Under the pieces are notes generated by a model. That model had not been told where the DNA came from, did not search any database, and saw only the letters and a list, made by a program, of their open reading frames with translations. Of a stretch of 64,000 bases of DNA, positions 27,701-38,665 are shown in pieces; within the stretch, counting starts at the first letter, position 1; each line of letters starts with the position of its first letter. Source of the DNA: Perna viridis. Its lineage: Eukaryota. The stretch is from contig CM074518.1 in the NCBI GenBank assembly GCA_037379345.1, positions 37,351,586-37,415,585 of the forward strand, in the 5' to 3' direction. The position numbers were made by a program, and so were the translations under genes.

Positions 27701-30700
27701 CTACACTACTGGTACTACTAGATAATGGGATACCAGTACAAACACAACTGGTACCACTAGATAACTGGATACCAGTACAAAGAATGTTTCCACTAATATC
27801 TGAAGGAGCAGAAATATTACTTAGCTTTTCATCAATAGCACTTTTCCAAGGAGATATTACTACAGGAGATTTAGTATCATTAAACGATTTCATGTCCTTA
27901 TCAAGATTTTCCACAAAACTTCTAGTTTCAGTCATTGGGGTGATTTCCTTCTTATCAACTGTACGAGGAAGGCAATAATTGGATGGCTTCATAACACGAT
28001 CATTGGTGTATCTCTCTGGAAGCGAATTAGATACTGTTTCAGGGTCATCAAACACAACTATATCAGAAGAAAATGTTCCTGAATCAGCATTATTGTTCAT
28101 TATTACAACAGGAGATCCTTTTTGACCAACATTAGAATGATTTTCCATCTTAACCTCAACCTCAGCTTGCTGAGTAGCACTTGAGAGTAAAGACATGACT
28201 GACTTCTCAAATTTTTCTTTAGCTGCATCTGGTATTCTACCCATAGTTTTTGCTATTAAATCCAGTAAATTGTTCGATGACTGAGCATTGAGTTCAGCAT
28301 CAACCTTAGAAGGCAATGGTTTAGTCACAGATACATTTTGAATTTCAGTCACAACTGGTTTTGTTGGGTAGATATATATCTCCTTAGGCTTTTCCTTAAC
28401 TTCTTTTTGAGCAGTATTGGGTACAGAACCAACATTGATATCACAAAGATGCTTATACTTTTCAGAAAAATTGGGAATCATCTTGTTCAAAAAAGAATCA
28501 TGATCTAAACATGGCTTTCCAATTTCTGCATTAAACCTATTCGGCACTAACTCTTTTGGTTCTGGCAAAACCACATTTTTCTCCTTCTTAGTTGGAACAG
28601 TTTTAACAGGTCGAAGGTCAGCTGATTCGAGCCAATCAATGTCTGTACACAACTGCGCAACCTTTGACCCCTTAGGCAGAACAATTTCTACCTCAGTTAT
28701 ACTTGATTTTTCAGATGGATCAATTGGCTTCTCAAAATTTCTAGGTTTCTGTGAAGCTTCCATTTCTATAATATCTTCAAATGTAACTTTAGTGGACGGT
28801 AGAAGAGATTCAAACAATGTTTCTTGAGCCGTTTTTTCTCCTGATCCCGAAATGAGATCAGCAATGGAATGGAACAAATTTCTATCTTCATTCTCTAAAC
28901 TCTTTTTATTTGATGGAACACCATCTTGAACAAGATCATTTCCATTTTCAACATTTTCTAAGCTCGTTTTGACACTTTTGTTATCTTTTTGCTGAATTTT
29001 TTGTTGTTTGTCAGTTTCTAAAACCTTTTTGACCTTCCTGAAATCGAATTCCAACAAATCTTTGACACTGTCTTTGGTAAGAGTTTTCTTGCTTGAAGAC
29101 TTTACTTTTTCATTCCTCTTTTCATCACTTTTTTCATGGTTTTTCACATGAATGCTTTTCTTCTCTTCACAAATGTGTGGTTTGGTCGATGACATTAGGA
29201 AACTACTTTCCGTTTGAACACAGCGGGTGACAGTATAAGTCAATTTCCTATTGGTGCCAAAATTAACATCACTTGCTGTTTGTTCAGAGAGTGCACTTAT
29301 ATCTATATCTTTAGAGATATCCTGTAGTTTTTCACTAGGTCGTATAACTTTCAATCCAAATGAAAAACCATCAAATTGTTTACAATTTTCCATTTCTCTC
29401 AAAATTTGCTCACCATCACAACAAACTCCAATATCTTTTGTTCTTAGTTTTAATTGCTCATATATATATTTGTTTTCTTTGTCATTGTCAAGGTCATGAA
29501 GGTCATTAGCATTTTCAAGGTCATGAAGGTCATTAGCATTTTCAAGGTCATTGAATATAAAATGGTCATCAATATCTGCAGGACTAGAACCTTTATCAAT
29601 GCTAGCATAAGCACCATTTGTGATTGTAGGAGACAGTACACTTTCTGAATTGTAAGTCATGACTATTTCGCTGTCACTGACTGAAGAGCAGTTTGATGGC
29701 GTTGGACTTGGGCAAGGAGAATGACCCAGCGGGGAAATTGACAGAGACGGTGTCAACTTGGAAACCGACGGACGATGATAGGGAGAATTTTTTGTTGATA
29801 GGCTGTGATATGGGGAATTCTTCCCTGACGGACTGAGTAATGGTGAACCTTTTGCTGATGGGCTACGATAAGGTGAATTTTTAAGCAATGACATAGTCCT
29901 CCTTGGAGAAGATGATTTTAGAAGAGATTGTGATTTTGTAACACCAACAGCAGTAAACAGCACTGGTGGATCTAAACATTCTTTATCTGCTGCAGATGTG
30001 ACTGGAGTTTCCTCCAATACATTTTCATTATCCTTTTGCAATTCTGACATTTTCTCCAGAATCGGAGGCGAAACTTCTGATCCAATTGATGGAAAAGAAG
30101 GTAGAGACTGAACCTCAGCATTTTGATCAATTGTTATTTCACATGGTTTCATTTCCTCAGATATCACAGATTTTTCAGGTTCTTCACATGTCCTTGTGTC
30201 ACTATCACTTTTATCAAGAACAACGTTATACATTCCAAGTTTATAGAAATATTTATCCTTCTCGCTTAAGGAATCGTAATTTATTTCATATGCAGGGTGC
30301 TTTTCTTTACGTGATATACAGAAGGTAAAGAAAGTAGACAGAAGCCTCTTTCGATTTCGCGGTGGCTTTTTAGGCTTCTCTGGCTTTTCAGTTTTTTCTG
30401 GTTGAGGAGTTGGTAGGGACTCCTTTTTAACAGAATGATCTAATATACTCAACTTTCCAGCAATTTGTTTTCTTCTCTTAGCTGCATTAATTTGTCTCTG
30501 TGTTAGAGGTAGAACATGGGAGCCATTTTTCTTTGGCCTCAAAATAATTTGAGTCGTAGTCCTTGTAGTTCTCATTCGACATGGAACTTGATTATGTTTG
30601 ATCAATAGATCACGAGTTTTGAAAGTTCTTTCACATGCTTTGCATTTGACTGGCTTATCACTTGCTCCTTTTTTAACATTTACAGTTTTATGTTTTGCAA

Positions 30701-31766
30701 CAGGTTTTTGTTTAGTGTGTTTGGTTTTAGAGTTACTTCCCTTGGCTTTATCATTTTTCTTATCAGCTACTTTTCCTGAAGACTTCTGACCACTTTTTGT
30801 TTTTCCCAAGTTTGAAGACATCTTATCCCTTGAATTATCTTTCTTGGTTTTTGATGCTTCATTCTTTGTCCTCGTTGCAATAGATTTTTGTTTGCCATTT
30901 ACAGTTTTCTTTATATTCTTGGCTGTCTTGTTTTGTTTTTTAGATCCACTAGATGAATCTTTTTCATTTAAACAATCAGTTAATACAACCACAAGATTTT
31001 TCTTGCCTACAATTCTTCTAGATTTTCCTGTTCTTGTACTTCGTGCTTCTTTTTTCTTTGCTTTAATTTCCGTTGTTCTTGCCTCTTCTGGTTTTGAATC
31101 TTTCACTTTATTTTCATTTTCATCACTACTCATTTTGTTTTCTTTTTCTTCTGTGTTAGTCACAACATTTGAATCACTGACAACTTTCAGTTTTAATTTA
31201 GTTCCAACTTTCACTTTATTAGTTATTTTTAACTTCCCTTTAGATTTACTCTTCAACAGTTTTTCTTGCATTTCTTTTAAAGTCATTTCCTTCTTTTTTG
31301 TCTTTTTAATAGGAACATCCTCAAAGAAATCCTTACTTTTTCTTTTACGAATTCTTTTTGGCAAGGCAGCACCTATCCCCCACACTTCAGCTTTAGGTTT
31401 TTCCCCAGATACTAATTTTAGAGTTATTTTAGGAATTTTATTGCTGTCTTCAGTTTGAGGATGAATGCTAGAAACATAAGTTTTATTGACAGACTCTGGC
31501 GTCCCATCCTCACTTTCATTTCCTTCATGTTGCGGTGAGGTCATATCAAAAGGAGGCTGTTGAGGCGATACCTCATGACCAACTGATGAACTTTGTTCAA
31601 GAATGATTGATTTAGTCTCCTGACCATGTGACTTATCCTGTTGGCATGGTGATTCACCATGTTGGAAAGGGGACTGATCTGGTCTACAGGGTGAGGATTC
31701 AGGTGTATCCGATATGAAGTCATAAATTTTCATCGCTTCACCCATCTTTTCAGCACTGCTTAAGGC
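24714..31766 (-). CDS. Zinc-finger protein, 7053-nt terminal coding exon (third C2HC finger, basic region, Ser/Pro-rich disordered region)
   Basis: The 2343-aa ORF extends 7 codons upstream to a ctttttcattttag| acceptor in phase 0; finger KCKACERTFKTRDLLIKHNQVPC at 30644-30579; Lys-rich NLS-like stretches; stop at 24714. Confidence 0.9.
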   Translation of the reverse strand, partial: ALSSAEKMGEAMKIYDFISDTPESSPCRPDQSPFQHGESPCQQDKSHGQETKSIILEQSSSVGHEVSPQQPPFDMTSPQHEGNESEDGTPESVNKTYVSSIHPQTEDSNKIPKITLKLVSGEKPKAEVWGIGAALPKRIRKRKSKDFFEDVPIKKTKKKEMTLKEMQEKLLKSKSKGKLKITNKVKVGTKLKLKVVSDSNVVTNTEEKENKMSSDENENKVKDSKPEEARTTEIKAKKKEARSTRTGKSRRIVGKKNLVVVLTDCLNEKDSSSGSKKQNKTAKNIKKTVNGKQKSIATRTKNEASKTKKDNSRDKMSSNLGKTKSGQKSSGKVADKKNDKAKGSNSKTKHTKQKPVAKHKTVNVKKGASDKPVKCKACERTFKTRDLLIKHNQVPCRMRTTRTTTQIILRPKKNGSHVLPLTQRQINAAKRRKQIAGKLSILDHSVKKESLPTPQPEKTEKPEKPKKPPRNRKRLLSTFFTFCISRKEKHPAYEINYDSLSEKDKYFYKLGMYNVVLDKSDSDTRTCEEPEKSVISEEMKPCEITIDQNAEVQSLPSFPSIGSEVSPPILEKMSELQKDNENVLEETPVTSAADKECLDPPVLFTAVGVTKSQSLLKSSSPRRTMSLLKNSPYRSPSAKGSPLLSPSGKNSPYHSLSTKNSPYHRPSVSKLTPSLSISPLGHSPCPSPTPSNCSSVSDSEIVMTYNSESVLSPTITNGAYASIDKGSSPADIDDHFIFNDLENANDLHDLENANDLHDLDNDKENKYIYEQLKLRTKDIGVCCDGEQILREMENCKQFDGFSFGLKVIRPSEKLQDISKDIDISALSEQTASDVNFGTNRKLTYTVTRCVQTESSFLMSSTKPHICEEKKSIHVKNHEKSDEKRNEKVKSSSKKTLTKDSVKDLLEFDFRKVKKVLETDKQQKIQQKDNKSVKTSLENVENGNDLVQDGVPSNKKSLENEDRNLFHSIADLISGSGEKTAQETLFESLLPSTKVTFEDIIEMEASQKPRNFEKPIDPSEKSSITEVEIVLPKGSKVAQLCTDIDWLESADLRPVKTVPTKKEKNVVLPEPKELVPNRFNAEIGKPCLDHDSFLNKMIPNFSEKYKHLCDINVGSVPNTAQKEVKEKPKEIYIYPTKPVVTEIQNVSVTKPLPSKVDAELNAQSSNNLLDLIAKTMGRIPDAAKEKFEKSVMSLLSSATQQAEVEVKMENHSNVGQKGSPVVIMNNNADSGTFSSDIVVFDDPETVSNSLPERYTNDRVMKPSNYCLPRTVDKKEITPMTETRSFVENLDKDMKSFNDTKSPVVISPWKSAIDEKLSNISAPSDISGNILCTGIQLSSGTSCVCTGIPLSSSTSSVADSIFVSSSSHSVDMKFTTSNRTSDLKFLSVSSISPEVKYTNPHSTDLRMVSSGNNLSVLSDSLAMRRKSPKPLNIISNSPTRTSILNHGNKDDIVTIMSDQDSPTFITNFDFENYADSLKEETFFTTRPLSPLQPVSLTPSCDPSTNSQIQESKKTSKDLPSSIPTPVSTNIANQKPELCLKPLAIDCNQSTENEDYICDISPPLEGPVPNISPMDLAKVATAKMTNPLILKSQGLGQGLLQLSANDPMHSPNMFIPQGNPQFYVSPKDFTSVEQRKTSPTVSNARNIQTSPIVTKNWSATSPTVSKGWSSTSPVVTKGWSSNSPALSKNWSSNSPVLSKSWSSTSPVISKSWSSNSPVGTKSWSPFSESSSPIQVIDVHLNSFKSPQQEKSNVRDQRYSDKTGMDLRQNVIVSPPCSKNASSANKDATQKLSKQKHLHNVGILRNSKLQDKKTNVTGKPNIPGPNQHSGLLNNLMQQVTSTSNSNTFLSNSMEQPMDILELVDKSWEEQLNLMQNNQPKSSNSFTPVSLEKTFDQSFSSSQISKASTVHHHSIGSEHNKSLDNIVQHKLSQDGFLLNSRVSDSDKQFLQMHPKFAHHKQLQLKTLNKVPCENSKSSTLNSKPSNMNLAPGHSLSNTRLSCEQPEPQCEHASRTTQRTNSLSDQGQTMQSSKSKCEPPASKPQFEHISRTSHGNVLVRTQSDQFSDKRNLESFQQVHARQQQVMFNSHLSPENTSQIRQLTGVQRSQSFDQTPHRNTIRYPNLPEKSVINSPPVNYNPQQDVPKDRIFNFQANRQPTPLCGQGLSPLSVGLRGQVPPLHRPMQPNLAPAGLPFGAEVHNHSNSAHIPVLRQMSAPSTLNHKPQSTQNIVPEYEDVSSPEEVEVYPSTPKKKDPPPYRMQGETLSIHSVAKGQSSHLGIPDNFDLKSSLNPKVQYPGQPTMVNPGLRGFTEQRPPPPVTFFPPGPQHHLRKPFDPSLPFPEFCPSNISDSILDNL
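26601..26831 (-). repeat. Coding tandem repeat, 7 x 33 bp (11 aa, [T/N]SPxxxKxWS[S/A/P])
   Basis: TSPIVTKNWSA TSPTVSKGWSS TSPVVTKGWSS NSPALSKNWSS NSPVLSKSWSS TSPVISKSWSS NSPVGTKSWSP. Confidence 0.9.
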
Positions 31767-32697
31767 CTAAAATGAAAAAGAGATCTTTCAATACAAATAA
31801 AAGTTATCCTATTTAAAGAAAAACAAGCAAGTTGTAGCCATTTGTCCCCCTCCACTTTCAAAAAAAATTTAAGTGTTGAAGTCCAATTTGTCAAATCAAA
31901 ATTGCACAGCAATATGATAAAAAAAAATGGTGACTAACAATTCTACACAATTTGAATATAATCTACCAAGCGGTTTCCAAAGAATTGTATCTACAAGTAC
32001 AGGTATGACCAGACAGACCACATGTACAAAATACCAACTGTATTGCAAAAAGTAGTACTCTCATGAATGCTTGATCATCAGTACATTATTTAGTTAAAAT
32101 CAAGTCTCAAAACTGAAAGTACGTGTACGACTTCATAGAAAATGTGTTATCAGGTAATTACTTAAGAATAAAATCCTTATGGTGAGAACGAACTACTGTG
32201 AAGGTACTTCATAAATCGTGGATACCAATTTTCGTGGATTAGGAAAGAAACACCAATTTGTGGGTTTTTGAATTCATGGTTTTTAAATTTACATTAAAAA
32301 CAAAAACAGGAATCTCTTATTCATTGGGAACCAAATTCCATGGTTTGGCCAAACCAAGATTACCACGAAAATTGGTACCCCACGTACTACAGTACTTTCA
32401 CAGTACCATATTTATCTTATAAAAGCATAAATGGAGAACTAAACAGTTTTTTTTTTTTTTTTTTATATATATAATTTTAGGCTTATCATTAAGATGTGGT
32501 ACCAGGTACTTTTATCTGTCTAAGCTACTGAAAGATATCTTCTGAATTTAAAATTTCACATCATGTTTAAAAGAGAAAATGATTAAAAGTACCTCCTACA
32601 AAACCAAGGGTACCTGCATTGCAAAAAAACTATGAAACCCCTGTAATTTGCAACTCTTAATACAAATGTAGTAGTAAACAATAGTAACTGAAGCAAT

Positions 32698-33206
32698 TGG
32701 TACAGGTCTGGGTGTAAAAAAAATAGGCCTGCAGCAGCACTAAGCTTGTCGTAAAAGGTGACTAAATAGTGCTCAGAGCACCTAGCCAGGGGCTATACGC
32801 TCTGCCCACAGAGCAACTGGGATGTGTGCCCCAGGTGGTGGAATGGGGTACCCCTGGCGTGTTACATGCTGGGGTTGTCAGGCTATAATACGGAAAACCT
32901 GACAGCAAACCATAATGGTGCACCGTGTTGGAAAAGATGTTACATTCCTCGCACGTTAAAGAACCCTGCTGTGGTATTCAATAGGAGTAGGAACCTTTGC
33001 GCTCCGCCACAGGAGGCTTAATTGCCCGACCCTACCCATCCCCCTTTTTTCTAGTGGCAATCAAAATTTGTCAACCCTGTTATGCTATCCGTTTTTTTCA
33101 TTTCATCATCATTCATGTTCATTTTATCATCCATTTCATGTTCATCATCTGAATATAGCTGAAATATTGCTGCTCGGGCGTTAAACCCCAACAATCAATC
33201 AATCAT
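32698..33206 (+). mobile_element. SINE-like non-autonomous retroposon with Nin/Deu-like central domain and (AATC)n tail
   Basis: GC-rich, hairpin-rich body; gcacgttaaagaaccc...ttcaataggagtagg resembles the Nin/Deu domain; tail atagctgaaatattgctg...gcgttaaaccccaacaatcaatcaatc is shared with 3741-3790. Confidence 0.65.
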
Positions 33207-33540
33207 TGTGTGATAACACGTAAACATAATCTATTGTTTTTGCTCCTTTATATTTGGTCTACAAGGGGTGACATTCTATTGGATGTTAGAATGCTAGTGG
33301 TCTTGATCTATTGAAGATTTAACTCACATGCAGACTTGCTAAATTTGGGGAGGTGGTGGGGCCTTCAACACTTCTAATTAGTTAACTTATTGTTATAATT
33401 AAACCCTGATAAAAAAAAAATGCAGGTCTAGTGAAGTCAAGATCACAATAGTGTCATCTTTAGTGGTTTGTGATCTTTGTGGAGTTTGAATGTGCAAATT
33501 TGTTCTGATTGAATGGAATGTATTTAAGTGTAAGTGTTTG

Positions 33541-33898
33541 TAAGAATCAGGCAAAATGGGAAAAATCAGAAACATGCATGTCAAAACCTCACTGATCTGA
33601 CAATGTAATACAACTCAAGGATACTTTCTCTTTTTGAAAACACCATTATTTGATCTCTGCATCACTGGCTTTGCTCATAATTTTGTAAATAGAATGTTGA
33701 AAAATTAGGTTTTTGACAGTTATCTGCCCTTGAAATGTTCATTTTTCAGTGCATTTCAATGAAATTGTAACTCAATGGTCCAGCATGATATGGAAAATCT
33801 TGTCTGTTTTCCTTGATTCTGATGGTACAAATAGTATAATTATACTATCAAAATGATGGGTCTTTTCATACCATGTTTCACTTACCGCCTGATTCTTA
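33541..33898. mobile_element. TAAGAATCAGGC-TIR MITE (relative at 6631-7277)
   Basis: taagaatcaggc...gcctgattctta; internal gaaacatgcatg(a/t)caaaa shared with 6661. Confidence 0.65.
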
Positions 33899-34256
33899 CT
33901 GGGACTTATACTTAATGGTGAAGCTTGTGTTTTCATCAAATTAAATTAAACAGAAGTAAATAAAAATTTGAAAACAATACTGATCTGAAACAATGCATTC
34001 CCATATCTAAGATCACCCTTTCTTCTGTTCATATACATGTACATATAATAGTCAGATACAGGGCTGAAAGTGCCACAAATGAAAATAATGACAAAATTTA
34101 CAACAAATGATTATTCCATGATCAACATATGAAAATCATGCTTTCACTAATACATGATTGTCATATTATTATCAAATGTGACATTTGGCTATGTAGCACA
34201 TTTGATATTGTGAGCAAGCCCCTGTAGTTTTTCCACAGTATATAACTGTAAATTAC

Positions 34257-34304
34257 CTGAAAGTCACTGCCTATTTCTGTAGATAAGTTCTGCATTTTTT
34301 CATT
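34257..34304 (-). CDS. Zinc-finger protein, 48-nt coding exon 3 (NEKMQNLSTEIGSDFQ)
   Basis: ttttttacag| acceptor and CAG|gtaatt donor; 48 nt open, phase 0-0, links exon 2 to the terminal exon in frame. Confidence 0.7.
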
Positions 34305-34651
34305 CTGTAAAAAACATATATGCATTAAATATTTAACATCTTTTTCAATGTAATTTCTAGTATGAATACGAACATAAATGTCCTACCCTTAACAGATGGG
34401 GCATTTTATAGGTAAGTATTGATCCGAGCATGCATCAATGCATCATGATCCTTTCAATTACAATATGAAAATTAATACTGTGACCAATTTTTGATTCCCA
34501 TCTGATTCCTCAATTACATGTACATGTAGCTAAACCAGAATTTGAAAACAGAGGAGTAATGACAGTTGGAAATTTTGTATCACAGTATGAAACAAAAATT
34601 AAATCTGTAGTTTCAAAATATTTTACATTTACTGAAACTGTTACGGATAAA

Positions 34652-35380
34652 GGCTAGTGACTACCAATGGGTGTGACAATTTGTAAATTTTTATAATTTG
34701 TTGAAATTAAATAGTAAGAACCAGTCTTTAAAAATTGTGAATCTGATTGTCAGGCATAGAAGTCCAAAAAAGTTTGGACACACAAAATTTGCTTGAAATA
34801 CACAAGTTCAAGTGACATGACTAAGTCAGAAATCATTAAATGCTTTACAAAATTTGAACTAAAATATAACACTCATCTAGCTATAAATATATAGCTACAT
34901 ATCAAATATCAAGTTAATATCGTAAAGGATGTCTGAAAGAAATCAATGACAACTGAAAGTTTTAACCAAAGTATCACATTCAAGGGACATAACTCGACCC
35001 AAAAATCATTCAACCAAAACAAAACTGGAACTTCAACTGTAACTTGAGTATTGCTAAATAACAAACTTCAAAGTGAATAACTTATAAAAAAGAATGTTAA
35101 TAAAAAGTCTGAACAACTGTAAACCACAAGTTCTAAGCCCGTTATCATGTCAAAAATCACATGATCAGTACAAAGTGCAAACAAATATAATGATCTGTAT
35201 ATATGCAATTACATATATGTGCATGAACATATAACAATTTACCAAATATCAAGTCAAACTATTAAAGGTTAGCTGAAAAAGTCTTGACAATCAGAGTGTC
35301 AGACAGACAGACAGACAGACAAACAGATGGATGGTACCTAAAAGAATATTTGCTCTGCTTTTGTTGGTAGGAGACTAATA
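34652..35380 (+). mobile_element. Helentron-associated non-autonomous element (HINE-like)
   Basis: tagtgactaccaa near the 5' end and inverted ttggtaggagacta at the 3' end; degenerate internal tandem units; (ACAG)n microsatellite at 35300-35330 before the 3' end. Confidence 0.5.
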
Positions 35381-35829
35381 TTTTGTGTGTGAATACTTTC
35401 AACAAGTTTTGAATTTTTTTTTTTTTTTTTTTTTTTACATTGTATACATATTATTTTGCATTTCTGAAAATAATTCTGTGAGAATTATATATCTGCTGTC
35501 TTTTAATAGTAAACTGCTAAAAATTGAAAATTATTCCGTCAGAATTTTACATCTACTCTCTTTTATTAGTAAATTGCTCAAAATTGAAATGCTGTGTTGT
35601 GTTCCCAAGACTCCAATCCTCCTACAAGTACATGTATTTAAAGCCACCAAAGCTAATTTGATTTATTTTCAACCAGCAAATACACAATATACAAATGTCT
35701 CCTACACACATATAGAAAAGAATTCAAAGTCTGATAAATATGATTCAATCTTTTCTGTTCTATTTGAACTAATCATATTGATATTATGTAGGAACACAAA
35801 GAACTACATGTACTTTTTATTTATTTTAA

Positions 35830-36040
35830 GGAAGTACATGTAGACCAAGGATAAAGGATATAACTCTTGAATATGTTTATATCATATTCAAATTCACTAA
35901 AGCCTATCAAGCTTTCATTTGAAACAGAATGAAATCAATCTGAGTTACTTTGCTGCTTACATGATATTGATGTCAAATGCAGAATACAAACATTCCAATG
36001 ATTTGTTAAGAGTTGTGCCCCTTACCTTGGTTCTACCACC
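35830..36040. mobile_element. TTAA MITE copy 5 (6-bp insertion in left TIR)
   Basis: ttaa-GGAAGTAcatgtaGACC...TCTACCACC-ttaa. Confidence 0.75.
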
Positions 36041-36407
36041 TTAAGAGACAAAGCTATTTTGTTATCATTTGGAGATGAGGCAAAGGCATGGAATTGTGCA
36101 TTCCAAATTTCAAAACATCTGCCTGGGAAAGTTAAAGTTCCACAGATTTCACAGAGATTTTGGAAGGGGGTGTTTCAGATAAAAGGAGGAGGTCAATGCT
36201 ATTACATGTATTACCTCAGTTTTATCCAAATTCTGAACAAAACTAACAAAATTTTCCAATAAAAGCAGGAGGTTCTAAACCCAAATCTCTCCTCTTCTGA
36301 ATCTGTCACTGCTACAGTAGACAGCATATGAATTCAAAATTAAAGAAGAATGGAAAGTTGATATCAAATTCAAAACTTAAGTAAAAATCAATTCATACAG
36401 ATTTTAC

Positions 36408-36611
36408 CTTAGATCGTTCATTCTTGGATCTTTTCACCAAATCTAACATAGTTAACTGTGACCTGTCACTGCCACTATCATCAGGGTCAAATACATCTAT
36501 CTTTTCACCATTTTGAGTCTGTGGATATAGCTGTTTTAGCTGATTCTTTTTCTTTTTCTGCATAATTTCTGCATGAGCTGCTTTAAGCAAGGCCTCAATC
36601 TGATTCGTGAC
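36408..36611 (-). CDS. Zinc-finger protein, coding exon 2 (68 codons)
   Basis: ttcttctttttattaag| acceptor, open frame VTNQIEALLKAAHAEI...KNERSK, AAG|gtaaaa donor; 204 nt, phase 0-0. Confidence 0.75.
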
Positions 36612-38665
36612 CTTAATAAAAAGAAGAAAGATCCTCTGCATTCTCAGACAAAATCACGAGTTTCAATGCAATTTAATTGTCACATCAGTTTCATCAGTTC
36701 AAGTCTCAACTGTGCATATGTTAACAGGTATTTGTATATGTGAATGTACAATTATGTACATGTGGCAAATTTGTCTCCCCTGGAATTCCATGCATGAACA
36801 GCTGACTACTGGTAGTTGACCAATATTTAGTGATAAAAATGTTATGAAAGCACCAGTCCTTAATGACAACAGAGAATTTTTCACACTACTAATACAAGTT
36901 TCAACATATGTAAAATAATGTGTTCTATGATTATTGAAGCTAGCCTGGCATGTAAATTTAAGTAGTACTCAAGATAAGAATCATGCAAAATGTGATTCAT
37001 GGTTGGAAAGCCTACATACTTTTATTTTTTGATATTTTATTTAAATTGTTATAGTAAAAAGAAATTAACATATGGCTTTTCATATAACCCTTGTTCTTAG
37101 GAGATAAAAAATATGTAGAATATACTGTAGAATTTAAAATTACGGGAGATAACTCTGTAAATGACACTAAAATACCATAGAAATTGTTGAATTTTCAATG
37201 TGGAATATCTCCTTATAACAGACAGAATGGAATGGATATATACAATGTATACATTTCATCATATAGACCTACAAAATTATTTAGGATGTACTGCAGAATT
37301 GAAAATTAAGGGAGATAATTGTGTAAATGACACTAAAATACAATAGATTCTGTTGGATTTTCAGTGTTGATTATTTCCAAACAGCAGACAGATTGGAATG
37401 AATAATTATACACTTCATCATATAGACCTATACATGCTACAAAAGCAACTTAATAACAAAAATAAAAATGTGTAACCTTTAACAGAATTTGCATGATTCT
37501 TATATAGATATATACTGCAGATTTTTAGACAAATCTATACCTCAAAAAATTATTGTGTCAATTTGCCCAATTGACATTACATAACATGTTAACCAATAAT
37601 ACATGGTAATCAATGTTGTTTTTTTAAATTGTTTGTTTACACCAAATTCAATATAATTATATTTTCGATGTAGTAATTAAATATAGATCTATACATTGTA
37701 AGGTTATAAACACTTCTGTCAGCATGAGTTTAAATTTTACCTGCTCCAAATAGTTGAGTGGGAACGAAAATGTCTTCACAGGGTTCTCATTAAGAACTGG
37801 CTGGAGGCCAATTTGGATGCTTCAAACACCTGTTCAGAACCTGTAGTCCAGTGGTTGTTACTGTTTTTTATGTTCATTATTATTCGTTTTATAGATAAAG
37901 CTGACTTTTGTCTTTTTTTTAATAGATTTAATTCAGTAATACCCATTCTCTGTGGTTGATTTTTGTCTTGTTTGAATAGTATCAATTCATTAATGCCAAT
38001 TCTCTAAACACTTAAATATTTTTGGCACACATGGTAACTGGTTTCAACGAAACTTTGTGTGATATAAGTTCTAATAAATGAAAGCAGAAATGCATATTTC
38101 TAGGTCGCTATGGGCAACTGTTGCCATGTTAACACATGCCATAAAATTTTCAAAATGCTACTTCCCCCTAATTAATTCTTTTCCGTAAGCTTATCTGGGG
38201 AAACTAAGAGATACATGAGTATTCATTTAATGAACTTGAACTGTTAGTTAACATAATTAACAAAAAGTAATGAGGAATTCATAACTGGCTTTTGAAGTAC
38301 TTTGTAATCAAAATTGCTCATACCATAACAGAATTATCGGACACTTACAACAGACATTGTGCTGAGCAACATTTTTGTTGAATTTATATTAAAAGTTTTG
38401 GGCTTTTCACAGGTAAAAATTAGGTAGCCCAGACCATATTTTTTAATACATATATTTTCTATATGTTCAACTAAATTTACCCAAAAGTGTAGTAGCCCAG
38501 CTCAAAATCTAGTAGCCATGGGATTCTGGGTAATTTTTATCGCTGCAGATACATTTGTAATTGGTTCATGCGTCCAACAGTGATCTGCCCTTTTACTTCA
38601 TGATGTCATTATTTTTTTTAAAAGTTTTTGACAAATTCATGGTAACTAAGTTAAAAAATGATTAC

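Noticed and set aside
25040-31723. Overlapping and antisense ORFs such as 30844-31458 and 26569-26910
   Set aside because: Shadows of the Lys/Ser-rich giant exon and its 33-bp repeat.
35385-35843. 152-aa ORF
   Set aside because: Composed of poly-T and a 60-bp tandem duplication in intronic DNA; no domain or splice support.
37741-38005. Extra exon or 69-aa ORF in the zinc-finger gene intron
   Set aside because: The donor CAG|gtaaaa is good, but the phase-0 frame has a TGA upstream and only a weak acceptor would give a 60-nt exon; the upstream part is a local tandem repeat. Not excluded, but unsupported.
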